Positions 27,544 to 40,110 of a stretch of DNA of 64,000 nucleotides are shown here, one piece after another; positions within the stretch are counted from its first letter, which is position 1, and each line of letters opens with the position of its first letter. A model generated the notes under the pieces. That model made no database searches and was not told the DNA's origin. It worked only from the letters and a program-made list of their open reading frames with translations. This DNA comes from Octopus vulgaris (lineage: Eukaryota): the NCBI GenBank assembly GCA_951406725.2, contig OX597819.1:73718001-73782000 (forward strand), given 5' to 3'. The translations under genes and the position numbers were made by a program.

Positions 27544-28619
27544 CCCTTTCGTTACCAAACCGCCCGAAAAAAATTTTGGTTAATGTGACCAAGCCGTCCA
27601 AAACCGCCCGAATTTACCTATTCATATTTAAATGAGAATATCAGAGCAAATCTCTTTAGCACATTTGTGAAAATACGTATTATACTTCATAAAGAGTTCA
27701 ACTACAGTTTTGTACAAAAATCGAAGTGTAATTTTGATTCCGTGAATTTTGGGAGATTTTTTTCCGAAATTTGTTCCTATTGTGTTTTCAAAATTTGTAA
27801 TTCTGACAAAAAATGGATACGAATTTCATTATATCAAGTAGCGAGTCAGAATTCGAAGGATTTTCTACTGAAGACCTTCATAAATCTAACTCTATGACTG
27901 AAAAAAAAAAGCATGTGGTATTTGATAATGAATCTGATGTTTCATTTTCCGAAAGTGAAAACAGTGAATCCGAGAGCTCCGACAGCGATAAAGAAAATGA
28001 ATTGGCACCTGAATGGAGTGAAAATTTAAAAACTGTTTCTTTCGGTGATTTTTCTGAAGAAACTGGACCAAGCCACAGACTTTCCCAGAAGAGTAAAGCC
28101 TTAGACTATTTCTTTTTACTTTTTCGAATGAGCCTATTTGAAATCATTACGGCGGAAACGAACCGTTACGCTAAATGTAAACAAAACGAAAGAAAGGATA
28201 GTTAGTGGTTTCCCACAACCTTAAATGAAATTAAGACTATTTTGCCATAAATATTATTATAGGTATCAGAAAGTTACCCAGAATAACAAATTCTATCGTA
28301 AAATTTTGTTGTATACCCAATTGAATATTAGCTAATAACCCATTTTCTATAGCGATGTTTGAACAAAATTTTAATAATTTTATATTTTGTTGAATTTACC
28401 TGTATCTACCTGCAATTAGAGTCACTTTGTGACAAAAATTATAGTATAGAATTAGTTGAGAACATTTCATTAAATTATCTTCCAAAATTCCCGTTAATAT
28501 ATTGATAAATAAAAAAGTTATAGTTGTTTAATGAAACCAGACTAAATTTATGATTACGTTAGAAATTAATTGAAACACATAAGGGGTGTATTTTGGTCAG
28601 AAATATAGTAATGAAAGGG
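27544..28619 (+). mobile_element. Internally deleted piggyBac element
   Basis: TTAA at 27540-27543 and 28620-28623; TIRs CCCTTTCGTTAC / GTAATGAAAGGG; ORF 27813-28205 has an acidic N-terminus and LDYFxLLF...IxxETNRYA, typical of piggyBac/PGBD transposase N-termini. Confidence 0.92.
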
Positions 28620-30676
28620 TTAAATCTGCCAGACAATCACTTTGCAGCACTAGGCACCACTAAACTGGAACGGTGTGGAAATTAGTGCTTGACACTCTAA
28701 GTTTCCAAATTGCTCTCTCAAAATTCATTATGCATTTACCCCAGAATCCCCTGGTGGTCTTAGCCTTTGTCTCTGTAGGAACTTTGCAGCAATCCGGAGT
28801 AAAGACAATCTCTTGTAGTTGAGCTGATTTTCTCAGCTTAATTCAGAGGATGACTTGATAAAATTTGGGTCCCTGATATAAAACTGACCCTAAAACTTCC
28901 TCTGAACACACCTTGATATAGATGAAACACAACCAAGGGAGACTGGCTAAATGTATAAGGTGGGAACTAAATAGTTATTAATCAATCATTCCTCTGAATA
29001 TGCATAATTCCATAAGATCTCCACATTACTTAAACAACAATCCCAGTCAAAATCTTACTCAACGACAAGAGATTCCATGATACTCTGTGTGTGTGTGTGA
29101 TGGACTCTCTTGTTGCTTTGTGAAATGAGGGTGTGGCAAGACAGCTAAAACAAAGACCATCACTCTATGGCCACCTCTGGGCAGGGTCAAAGCTGAAGAC
29201 TTCCAGTAGCTGCCCATTCCCTTAGCACCAATGGATGTTTGAAAAAAGTGTGATGGGGTTGGTGCTGGTATATTGGTTAGCTAAACTGACCTGCACAGTA
29301 AATATCATTCCAGTTGGCATTCTTTATTCAGAGCCACTCCCACTCCCTCCCCCCTTCAAACTTATATTGGCCTCATGTGCCATGAGCTCAATTGTTATCA
29401 GGATGCAGGATTTGTATGGGGTTTCCTTCTTTTAAATGAAGTGCTAAAGGACCTTGTCTGCCCTGTGTCTGTTTGGGTATCTATGAGTAACCTTCTTCTG
29501 GAAGCAATTTTGTGACCTTCTAATTAACCCATAGCTAGAACCCTGACAGGTGTTACGACTCTGGGTGAGAGTAGACTTGGAGACAATAATAACTGATATG
29601 GTTCCACATTCCCCAAAACTTGGAATTCCTAAATAAGGGCCCTACTACCACATGCAGTTGAGAGCCATACCCAGGACACATATGTATGTACATACCCACA
29701 TATATACATATATATGTATGTACATACATATATTGTGTATGTGTTGGTGATTCCCTCATTGGTTTTTTTTATATTTTTCAATAGAATCTGAGATTCAACA
29801 TAGGCTTTCTCCACCACCTTTACCTCATCGTCAGCCAATTGCTGAAGGTAAGGACCCTCTAGCATGTCCATGGTGACTTCCCTTTGATACGCTCTTACTA
29901 AATCAATAACCAAAACCCAGAAAGAAGACAAAAGCATGCTTCGCTTGTTGTTTTGAAATAATGTGTCTATTAATAATAATAATGATGCTTTTGATGCTGT
30001 TAACAATTCTTATGCATGCTGCTTTTGTATACTCACTTAATCTCTTTATTGCTTATTTACTGCAACAATTGTAAAATTAGAGTTGCATCATTGCTTTGCA
30101 ATATTTGATGTCATTCCTTTGATTATTCAGAGTTGTTCCATTTCCTCACAGGCATTGTCTAGCAATGCTGTTATCCTCTCTTTTCTCATCCAAGTTTATT
30201 TTACTCTTTCTTTTATGACAAACAATGGTACCACTTACAGCCTGCCATAACAAATCTGATTCGGTTTCTTATATAAACATTTTTTGTAAAGTTCCAAGAA
30301 CCTTGGTGGTTTGTGCCTAATGAACTGATACAGTGGCCAAGATTTGATTCCTGGTTGTTGGTATTTAATTTACTCTGATAATGTCCTCATGAAGGGGCAC
30401 AAATGTCACCATATCCATTTGCTAACCACAACATATCAAGTAGTAGTTGATGGTGTCCCATCCATGTGTGTGTGTGTATATATATATATATATACATGTG
30501 TGTGTGTGTGTATATATATATATATTAGGGAGTATAACTCCAAACTTACAGGGAAAAATTCAATTTAGCATTAAATCAAAATATATATATTCAGATGAAT
30601 ATGGTAATTAAGTTGAGGCACCAGAATTTAGTACGGTATTATCCATACAATTTCAAAATAAGGTGATTAAAATCAA

Positions 30677-30917
30677 AATAAGCAACAAGGATATCCAGAG
30701 GTAATGCAGTACGATCGTTTCATGTGACTCCATTTAATTGAGTAATGCAATCATTTCATTACATCAATTTAAAATGTAGAGCAGAAGGGCACAGTATAAT
30801 TTTACCTAAAATCTCCAAGAAGTTAAGGAGATAGACAAAGATTGCATTACTCAATTAAATGAAGTCGCATGAAACGATTATACTGCATTACCTCTGGATA
30901 TCCTTGTTGCTTATTTG
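30677..30917. repeat. ~75-bp inverted repeat with ~90-bp spacer
   Basis: aagcaacaaggatatccagaggtaatgcagt... mirrored by ...actgcattacctctggatatccttgttgctt. Confidence 0.88.
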
Positions 30918-31219
30918 GATATGTATATATATATGAATGTATGTATGTATGCATATATATGTATATATATATCATCGTTTAACATCTGCCTTCCATGCTC
31001 GCATGGGTTGGACGGTTTCACTGAGGACTGGTGAGCCAGGAGGCCCTTGCTAATGCCAATCACTCCGAGAGTATACTGGGTGCTTTTATGTGCCACCGGC
31101 ACAAGGGCCAGTTAGGCGGTTCTGGCAACAACCATACTCAAATGGTGTTTTTTACGTGCTACATGCACAGGAGCCAGTCTGGCGGCACTAAGACGACACT
31201 GGCAATGATCATGCTTGTG

Positions 31220-31587
31220 GCACTCCGTCATTTACGACGACGAGGGCTCCAGTTGATCCAATAAATGGAACAGCCTGCTCGTGAAATCAAAGTGCATGTT
31301 GCTGAGCACTCCACAGACACATGTACCCTTAATGTAGTTCTCGGGGAGATTCAGCATGACAAGGCTGGCCCTTTGAAATACAGGTACAACAGAAACAGGA
31401 AGAAAGAGTGAGAGAAAGTTGTGGTGAAAATGTACATCAGGGTTCGCCACCATCCCCTGCCAGAGCGTTGTGGAGCTTTAGGTGGTGTCGCTCAATAAAC
31501 ACTCACAATGCCCGGTCTGGGAATCGAAACCGTGATCCTACAACTGCAAGTCTGCTGTCCTAACCACTAGGCCATTGCGCTTCCACT
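31220..31587 (-). mobile_element. tRNA-derived SINE family C
   Basis: Minus-strand head GCGCAATGGCCTAGTGGTTAGG...GGTTTCGATTCCC; related copies at ~6365-6584 and ~16342-16450. Confidence 0.8.
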
Positions 31588-31614
31588 ATATATATATATA
31601 TATATATATAACTG

Positions 31615-32250
31615 GGTAGAGGTAGACCCAGGAAGACATGGGATGAGGTGGTCAAGCATGACCTTCGAACATTGGGTCTCACAGAGGCAATGACGGAAGA
31701 CCGAGACCTCTGGAGATATGCTGTGACTATGAAGACCCGACAAATAATGTGAGTTCATGGCTGTTCCCTGCACCAGCTTCACATTGAAGCCCCAGCCCTT
31801 CCAAAGTGCCTTGGATCGCAGGACAGCCTGCTGTACTTACCTTGGATCGTAGGGCAACCTGCTGTGCTTGAGGAGACCTATTGAGTCAAGTACATCAGCA
31901 TCAAAAATCAAATGGAAATTGTGGTTGCGATACCTGTGCCGGTGGCATGTAAAATGGACCATCCGTATATGGTCGATGCCAGCACCACCTTGACTGGCTT
32001 CTGTGCCGGTGGCACGTAAAAAGCACCAACCGACTGTGGCCATAGCCAGCCTCCCCGGCACTTGTGCTGGTGGCACGTAAAAAGCACCCACTACACTCAT
32101 GGAGTGGTTGGCGTTAGGAAAGGCATCCAGCTGTAGAAACACTGCCAGATCAGACTGGAGTGTGGTAGAGCCTCCTGGTTCCCAGACCCCGGTTGAATCG
32201 TCCAACCCATGCTAGCATGGAAAACGGACATTAAACGATAATGATGATGA
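31615..32250 (+). mobile_element. RTE-type LINE 3' end, same family
   Basis: RGRPRKTWDEVVKHDLRTLGLTEAMTEDRDLWRYAV, repeated GGTGGCACGTAAAAAGCACC units, (ATG)n tail; other 3' pieces at ~9700-10198, ~15480-15885, ~30970-31200, ~48510-48825. Confidence 0.85.
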
Positions 32251-32841
32251 TATATGTGTGTGAATCATTTAAGGAGTGTAATTCTGCCAAGGATCTTAGC
32301 TCTTATTCAAATTTATGATGAAAACAAAAAATCTCACCTTGATACAGGTGAGTGGTTTTGGTAGAGAAAAATTGAAAGAAGTGTGTCGGTTGTGTCTGTG
32401 TTTGTCTCCCAACATTGTTTGACAACAGGTGTTGGTGTGTTTATGTCCCTATGACTTAGCGATACCAATAATATAAGTACCAGGCTTAAAAGAAATATGC
32501 ACTGAGGGCGATTCATTCCACTAAAAATTCTTCAAGGTGGTGCCCCAGCATGGCCACTGTCTAATGACTGAAACAAGTAAAACGTAATTTATAAACTTTG
32601 GAATTTTGAAGCAGATTTCATTAAAATGGTAGATTTTAAAACACTAAGGACAGAAAAAAAAAAAAAAAGAAAAGAAAAGTTAGCATCTTTAACTGGTTCT
32701 CATCAATCAATATTCATTATTCAGTTGTCACACACTTGGTTGGAAAATATCAAAATAAGTATTAACTTTCTTAGTTTTTAATCCTAAGTTACTAATAAAC
32801 TAGACTACCACTATTTTGCTGTACAAAGCCTATCACTACAA

Positions 32842-32943
32842 ATTACTAACAGTTCTTAGTTCATCACTGTTTATTAATTAATTCTTCTGTATATTACTAA
32901 CAGTTCTTAGTTCATCACTGTTTATTAATTAATTCTTCTGTAT
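32842..32943. repeat. Exact 51-bp tandem duplication
   Basis: attactaacagttcttagttcatcactgtttattaattaattcttctgtat twice. Confidence 0.9.
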
Positions 32944-33474
32944 TACTACATGTATTACTACAAATAAATAAATAGAAATTATGTTTGTTTCAAATAAACA
33001 TATTAAAAAACCTGAAGACATCATGAGTAGGAAAACAATTTTCCACTTGCATGGAATCCATTGCTAACTATTCTCTCATCATCATCATTTTTATTATTAT
33101 TATTATCATTATTATTAAGGCATGCTGGATGAAATGCTTAGTGGTATTTCACCCGTCACTATGTTCTGAGTTCAAATTACACTGATGTCATCTTTGCCTT
33201 TTCTCCTTTCAGGGTTGATAAATTAAATACCAGTTGCATACTGAGGTCAATGTAATTGATAGGTCCCTTCCCCTCAAATTTTGTCCATCTTTATGTTCTG
33301 AGTTGAAATTCGACTGTGGTCAACTTTGCCTTTCAACTTTTTGGGATGGATAAAATAGGCGCCAGCAGAACACTGGGGTTGATGTGAGGATCCACCTGTC
33401 TCCCACCACCACCACAAAAATAAGTCCAGGCCTTGTGCCTACATTGGATAGGATTATTATTACATCTAAAGCAG

Positions 33475-33690
33475 AGGTGGTGAGCTGGCAGAAACGTTAG
33501 CACGCCAGGCGAAATACTTAGTGGTATTTAGTCTGTCTTTACATTCTGAGTTCAGATTCCGCTGAGGTCGACTTTGCCTTTCATCCTTTTGGGGTCTATA
33601 AATTAAGGACCAGTGAAACACTGGGATCAGTGTAATAGATTAGTCCCCTCCCACAAAATTTCAAGGCCTTGTGCCTCCAGTAAAAAGGAT
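33475..33690 (+). mobile_element. tRNA-derived SINE family B (representative copy)
   Basis: GAGCTGGCAGAAACGTTAGC head, GAGTTCA(A/G)ATTCC B box, TTTGCCTTTCATCCTTT core; copies at ~6833-7063(-), ~33118-33460, ~34925-35135(-), ~40868-41230, ~42090-42250, ~46695-46905(-), ~54990-55203. Confidence 0.85.
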
Positions 33691-33826
33691 TATTATATCT
33701 AAAGCAACAATATTTTTATGAATTCTTTCTGAAACTTTTTTTTATCTTTCATGATCTTTCCCAGTCTACTGCTTCTAATTCTAAATATTTAGTTTTTACA
33801 ACAAATAATCATATGAATTTTGATAT

Positions 33827-34180
33827 GGAGCAAAGATTATTTGCCAACATAACATGGCAGTCCTGGTTTAGGACGAATGTTGCTGTAATTTATAGCCCCA
33901 AGAGACATCATCTCCAGCTGACTACATGACATGATCTGTGTCCTTATATTTTTGAACAAAGGATATTGTTTTAAGCTGAGTGGGGGTGCTACATTCCCTT
34001 GTTTGAAAATATAAGAACACAGATCGTGTTGTATAGCCAGCTGGAGATGATGTCTCCTGGGGCTAAGTTATAGCAACATTAGTCCTAGACCAGGACTGCC
34101 ATGTTATGTTGGCAAATAATCTTTACTCCAAAGTACTGTTGCTGAATATCTCTCGTGAGATTTATAAATAGTAATTTTCT
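33827..34180 (+). mobile_element. Second copy of the foldback family, central hammerhead core deleted
   Basis: ~130-bp inverted arms and same tail as 42392-42825 in opposite orientation; 11-bp TSD AATTTTGATAT (33816-33826, 34181-34191). Confidence 0.85.
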
Positions 34181-35500
34181 AATTTTGATATTATAAAAGA
34201 AAGAAACAAAAAAGGAAAGGAAAAGCAACTGTAAATTCTGTTTTCAGGGAGTTGACTCTAAGCAAATTATTTTCACTCGAGTGATTCACACACACGCACT
34301 GTGTCTGAAATTTGTTGAGAGGATTTTAGTAAATCATATCAACCCCCAGGGCTCAACTGGTATTTATTAGAAAAGATGAAGACAAAGTTGACCTCAGCAA
34401 AATTTGAACTTGGAACATAACAATCTAAAGAAATAACCTTAGCATCTAATCTGATTCACTGAGGATTCTGCCAGCTCTCATAGATAATGGTTTCTGCATC
34501 TTTCTATTCTAACCATAATTGCTATTGTCATTATGTTAAGCCATTAAATATTAAATTTGATAGTAAATCTACAGAACATTCAGTTTGTAGAAATTAAACT
34601 TTTCATTTCATTTCATTGTTTCTTGAGAGAGAATTGAACCTAGAGACAATCTGTCTGTCATTAAAACTTTTTGAAAGCCAACATGCAAGGGTCATGAAGG
34701 CAATCTTCATGCACATCCTCCGTAAGGTCCAACCAGAAGTGACCAGCATTACACTTTTCGGCTGGATTCCCTAGTGTGACCAACTAGGACTACAAATATT
34801 ACCCAACCACTTGTTCTTGGTCTGCCCCTAGGGTCTCACACGATTTGCCTCAGTTTAAAGAAACCATCTTGTGATTCCTTCTTATGACATTCTAATCACA
34901 ATTTTAAAATTAAAACTGTACAATTCTTTTCTACTCTAGGCACAAGGTCTGAAATTTTGGGGGAGGGGGCCAGTCGATTAGATCGATCCCCCAGTAAGTA
35001 ACTGGTACTTAATTTATCAACCCCGAAAGGATGAAAGGCAAAGTCAACCTTAGTGGAATTTGAACTCAAACACAGATGAAATACTGCTAAGCATTTTGCC
35101 TGGCGTGCTAACATTTCTACCAGTTTGCCACCTTTAAAACTGTACAATTCATTAAAGGATTGTTGTGACTGAGTGGGAAGAAGTTTGTTTCCCAACCACA
35201 TGGTTGTGGGTTCAGTCCCACTGCATGGCACCTTGGGCAAGTCTCTTTTCTTGTAGCCTCAGGTTGACCAAAGCTTTGTGAGTGGATTTGGTAAGCGGAT
35301 TTTGCAGCCATCTGGTTTGCCAGATCTGTCAAACCGTCCAACCCATGCCAGCATGGAAAGCGGACGTTAAACGATGGTGATGATGATGAATTGAGCTTTT
35401 AAAAATCATCAGATCTCGATAACGAATTATGTTTTCCCTTTTTTTTCATTTGTTTAATTCTTATTTTATTGACATATTTTTTTTTCATTTTTTAAAATAG

Positions 35501-35574
35501 ATTCTAAACTGAAAGCCAGCCCCAATGGTCCTTCATTACAGACACCACCTGTTGTTCCTCCAAAAACACCAAAG
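35501..35574 (+). CDS. Penultimate exon of + strand gene (NSKLKASPNGPSLQTPPVVPPKTPK)
   Basis: T-rich tract and TAG acceptor, AAG|GTAGGT donor; 74 nt, phase 1-0. Confidence 0.85.
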
Positions 35575-36577
35575 GTAGGTATATGAAATGGAATGCGATT
35601 CAGGTACAAATCTGGAGTTTGTGGTAGAAATATAAATAAGCAATGTAACTTATATTAGTGGAGATTTACATCAACTGGTGGTACTTCTAAGCTTTTTGGT
35701 TTCATGTGGTCTGTCTGTAAGTAGAGATTTACAGAAACGGTATCTCTAAACTCTTTGAAGAAGAGAAAACTACAAACAAGGAGACCCAACTGGGAACTAA
35801 GTGGAAAGTTAAAGCCTAATGCTTACTTGGTTTTGGATTCACTCCTACTGTATGGCAATGAGCTAGCCAAAGTCTTATGAGTAGATTTGATGGATGGAGA
35901 CTGAAAGAAGCCCGTCATATATATACATATATGGGTGTGTTTGTGTTGTTAGTGAGCCTTGTTTTGACATCTTGTGATGGCTGTAAAGGAGCATTGCCAT
36001 TTGTACCAGTCTTCCATGAAAACATGTCTGGCCATGGGGAAATGTTACTTTACTGGGAAATAAGTGAAGGTTGGCAACAGGGAAGGCATCTGGCCATAGA
36101 AAATCTGCGTTGACAAATTTCCATCTGCCCCATGCAGGCATGGAAAAGTGGACGTTAAAAGGATGAAACAATTGTGAAGGAAAACCTTATGATACATCAT
36201 AAGATATATTTTGAGAAAATAACGACATAGTGTAACAGCTAGCAACTTTAGTGGCTGTCAGCTTTCATCATCATCATCTAACATCCATCTTCCATGTTGG
36301 CATGGGTTGGATGGTTCAAAGGGCTGCATTGAACTTCAATGTCTGCTTTGGCATTAGTTCCTATGCCTGATTACCCTTCCTAATGCCAACCCTTTTACAG
36401 TGTGTGCTGCTTTTGTTTTTTTGTTTTTCATGGCATTGACACTAGTGGGGTCCCCAAGTAGTTTACAAGAGAAGCTTCTATGATTGAGTAGGGGTGAAGT
36501 AGTGAGGGAAGTGGGCTTTGTGCCAGGTGTGAAGGAAAGAGGAACAGGAACGTGTGTCTTGCTGTAAGAGGAGCGAG

Positions 36578-36618
<41 letters not shown>

Positions 36619-37485
36619 CCCCAGCAGGAAAGGAATGAAGAATGGATGGTGACAATGAAGTGTTAGGTGGACAGAGAGAGAGAATAGGATTGAGGATGGC
36701 TGGGGTGGTGTTGGAGATGGGGATAGAAGTGAATGCAATGAACGGAGGGAGGGGGGGGGTAAAGGAAAATAGGGTGTGGGTCAGGGAGGAGGAGGTGAAA
36801 GGTAGCAATACATAAACAAGGGAAGTGGTGGAAAGCAACAGTGTAATAATAAATCTGTAGACAGGCTAAAAATAGGGATTTTATGGTATTTGATCAATTC
36901 TGGAATAATGAAAAGCAAAGTTGATCTCTATAAGTAATTTCTCCTGCTTCCCCACTGAGTCGGCCCCTTAACACCTAATTTATGTAGGTGAAGGTGTGGC
37001 TGTGTGGGTAAGAACATTGCTTCCCAACCACATGGTTTCAGGTTCAACATGGCACCTTGGCCAATTGTCTTTTCCAGGCCGACCAAAGCCTTGTGAGTAG
37101 ATTTTGTGTCTGTCTGTTGACAACCAGTGTTGGTGTGTTTACAGCCCTGTAACTTAGCAGTTCAACAAAATAGTACTGGGCTCAATTCATTTGACTGAAA
37201 ATTCTTCAAGGTGGTGCCCCAGCATAGCCATAGTTTAATGACTGAAACAAATGAAAGATAAATAATATACATGTGTTTCTGGCAGTCAATATTATTCAAT
37301 TATGATGTAACTGTTCTTATTTATTGTTTAATTCTTGAAATAACACAATTTTTGGTTGAGATTTCAACTGGAATGAGTGTTCTTAATATCACCTATTTAC
37401 CGCTTCTCTTACCATATTTCTCTTCAAATACACAGTGTTTGTTGCATTTAAGTTTGAAGAATTTAGTAAAATATTATCGTCATTA

Positions 37486-37683
37486 CAGTTCTATATTTAA
37501 GAGATGAGGAATTATGTACATTATTTACATTATTTAATAATAATAATAACATCGAAAAATACCTTAGGAATGAGAACCCAGGTTCGAAATTTCCTCAAGA
37601 CACCTGATGAAGGCTGGGGGGTATATCAGCCGAAATGTTGTGTTAACAAGATGAGGACAAATATCCATCAAATGTAAATAATG
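37486..37683 (+). mobile_element. Second copy of the hammerhead retroposon, 5'-truncated with inverted 3' end, nested in a piggyBac MITE
   Basis: Same body as 47504-47861; TSD TCGTCATTA / TCATCATTA; MITE sequence resumes after the insert. Confidence 0.8.
37599..37644 (+). ncRNA. Minimal type I hammerhead ribozyme motif
   Basis: Stem I GACAC/GTGTT; CTGATGA 37604-37610; stem II GGCTG/CAGCC; GAAA 37632-37635; very short stem III ATGT (ACGT after CpG decay); GUU triplet. Confidence 0.75.
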
Positions 37684-37952
37684 TCATCATTATTAAACTG
37701 ATATTTGGAACATAAATAAACATGAACTTTTGGTCAATGGTTTAAATTTAAACTTCTTGAAAACAGAAAGTTTGTGTTCTAGAACCAAGGGCTGTCCCTG
37801 GTAGGTCGATATTAGAAGGGTTTAGGGTAGGTGGGCTGCATGAAACCAAGTTTGGTCTCTGAGTAGGCTGAAATAAGGGAAATAAAAATGGATTAACATG
37901 ATGATGATGATGATGCTAACCACGTTTTTTTCTCTCTTTTTTGTCTTTTTAG

Positions 37953-38099
37953 GTAATTGACATGTCCAAAATTACCGCTCCACCACCACTCCCACCTCGC
38001 AAAACAATTCCCACCACACCTATCACTCCAGAAGTACCATCCTCCGAGTACAGATTTGACAAAGCACCACCTTTACCACGCCGATTGAACAACATTTAG
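37953..38099 (+). CDS. Terminal coding exon of + strand gene (VIDMSKITAPPPLPPRKTIPTTPITPEVPSSEYRFDKAPPLPRRLNNI*)
   Basis: CTAAC branch, strong polypyrimidine tract, TAG acceptor, phase 0, TAG stop 38097-38099; class II SH3 ligands PPLPPR and PPLPRR. Confidence 0.88.
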   Translation, partial: VIDMSKITAPPPLPPRKTIPTTPITPEVPSSEYRFDKAPPLPRRLNNI

Positions 38100-39639
38100 A
38101 CAAACTGGCAGAGATGAGGGGAAAAAAAATTAATTCTGCATGTGTGTATAATGTATATATGAAGACTGTTTGTGTGTGTGTGTGTGTATATGCCCATAAA
38201 CAATGAACAGGTGATTGAAGGAAAAATGTATAATTAAGACTAACTTGATGTATATTGTTGATTTGCCAAGCAACAGTGGACCAAACTTTTGTGGGGAGGG
38301 GCGCCTGCTACATTGAAATGCAGAACTGTCAGATTATTTGCAAAGGTTGTGACCAGATTTGGTGGTTCAGACACTCGTCGCATTCACTCACTCACATGAT
38401 GCATACATTTGCTGCTACATGGGCAGGCCATACGCACATTCCTATAAACACAACATGCACACACACACACATATATGCTTTCAAGGATTTATTGAATACT
38501 AATCAATCAATCAGATTTCTCTATTTAAAAATCGCCAATCAATCAATGAATCAATCAAAGATACCAGACCAAATCCAGAATATTCTAACACTCTCCACAG
38601 GTGCTACAAAAATTGTATTATATTATAATAATGATGATGATGATGAAAATATGGATCCTTTCTTTCTACTATACTCTCTCTCTCTCCTTTTATACAGGTG
38701 TGTGTGTGTGTGTTTATGTGTGTATGCAGGTGGGATCTAGAACACGTTGGAATATATATCCTAGATATCAAATCTCAAAAATTCTTTCAGGAGGTTAGGG
38801 TATTTTTGTAAAATGGCCATTTCTTCTATTTTATCATATAAACATTGACTGAGAATTAGAGTTGTCTCCTGTATAAGGCTAGTTGTGGAAAAACTGTTTT
38901 AAAATGTAGGCCTTGAAACCCTCATTATGCATCACAAATACACACTTACTCTCTCACACAAACACACACACACACACACATAGACCTATTCCTACATTGG
39001 ATTCTAAACTCTTCCACTATGTGTTTGTGTATATATATAGTCGTCATCATTATACTTTAATATCTAGTTTTCCATGCTTACATGGGTCAGTGCATGGGAA
39101 AAATGGATGTCAAATGATGATATATATATATATATATAACACACACACACACACTGATTTTTCTGTACAAAAATGTTGTGTATTACACACACACACACCT
39201 CATAATGGACCATGCTGTTTCAGAGCAGTTGATAATCTGAACTCAAAAATTTCTCTTCCCAAAAAAATGCTGGTTATAAAAAGATTTTTTTTAAACTATT
39301 TTCCAATGAAAATCACTGGACAGGAAAATATTGTTTTGAGACAAACAAAAAAGAAAGAAACAAGAAGCAAAACTTCCACAGTTTTTTTTTAAAAAAACAG
39401 AAAAAAAAGAGAAATGCCTTCCTTTTATGCAATTTTAAGGGGTTTATAATTTCCTTTATATTTTTTTTTAAAATCCAAATGAAAAATTTTGTTTAAACCT
39501 TTATAGAATTTCATGTAAGCACAGTGCTGGACACATACATACATCAATACATAAAAAACACAAAAAATCATTATTGTTATTCTTCTCATTATTATTATCA
39601 TTTCTCTTTATCACAGGTTTTGTTGGAGCTCCTGGAGTC

Positions 39640-40110
39640 TTGCATGCATAGCAGGTTTACTACCTGCAGCCTATGTTACCATGTTATCCATTCTTTTCAG
39701 TTATCTGATACTTTCCTGATTATTCTGACCATGCCAAAGAGGCAAACCTTTTATAACATTTCTGCTGGGCACTCTATTCCAATTTCCCTTATATTCCCCT
39801 TGATGCCTTCTGATACTATTCCCAAGGACCCGACAATAATTGGCACTGTCTTCACCTTCTTCATTTTCCATAGCCAGGCTATTTCGTACTTAAGAGGGTT
39901 GTGTTTATCTATGTTTTCCCCTTCCTTCTTGACTATTCGTAGATCAAAGGGACATGCAACATCAACTATATTGTCTGCCACCACTAGGTCTGGTCTGTTA
40001 TGCTCTAGCACCTAATCTGTTTGGATTGGGAAATTCCAGAGGACTTTGTTAGTCTCCGACTCTCTGCGATTTGTGCTCATACCACACCTTGCCTCCCTCT
40101 AGCCCCCACT
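39640..40110 (-). mobile_element. R4/Dong-type LINE 3' fragment (REL endonuclease)
   Basis: ORF 39751-40011: HNRPDLVV...VDVACPFD...LKYEIAWLWKMKKVKTVPIIVGSLG. Confidence 0.85.

Noticed and set aside
27813-28205. Domesticated PGBD-like gene
   Set aside because: Stops before the DDD domain, continues in broken frames and lies between TIRs with TTAA TSDs
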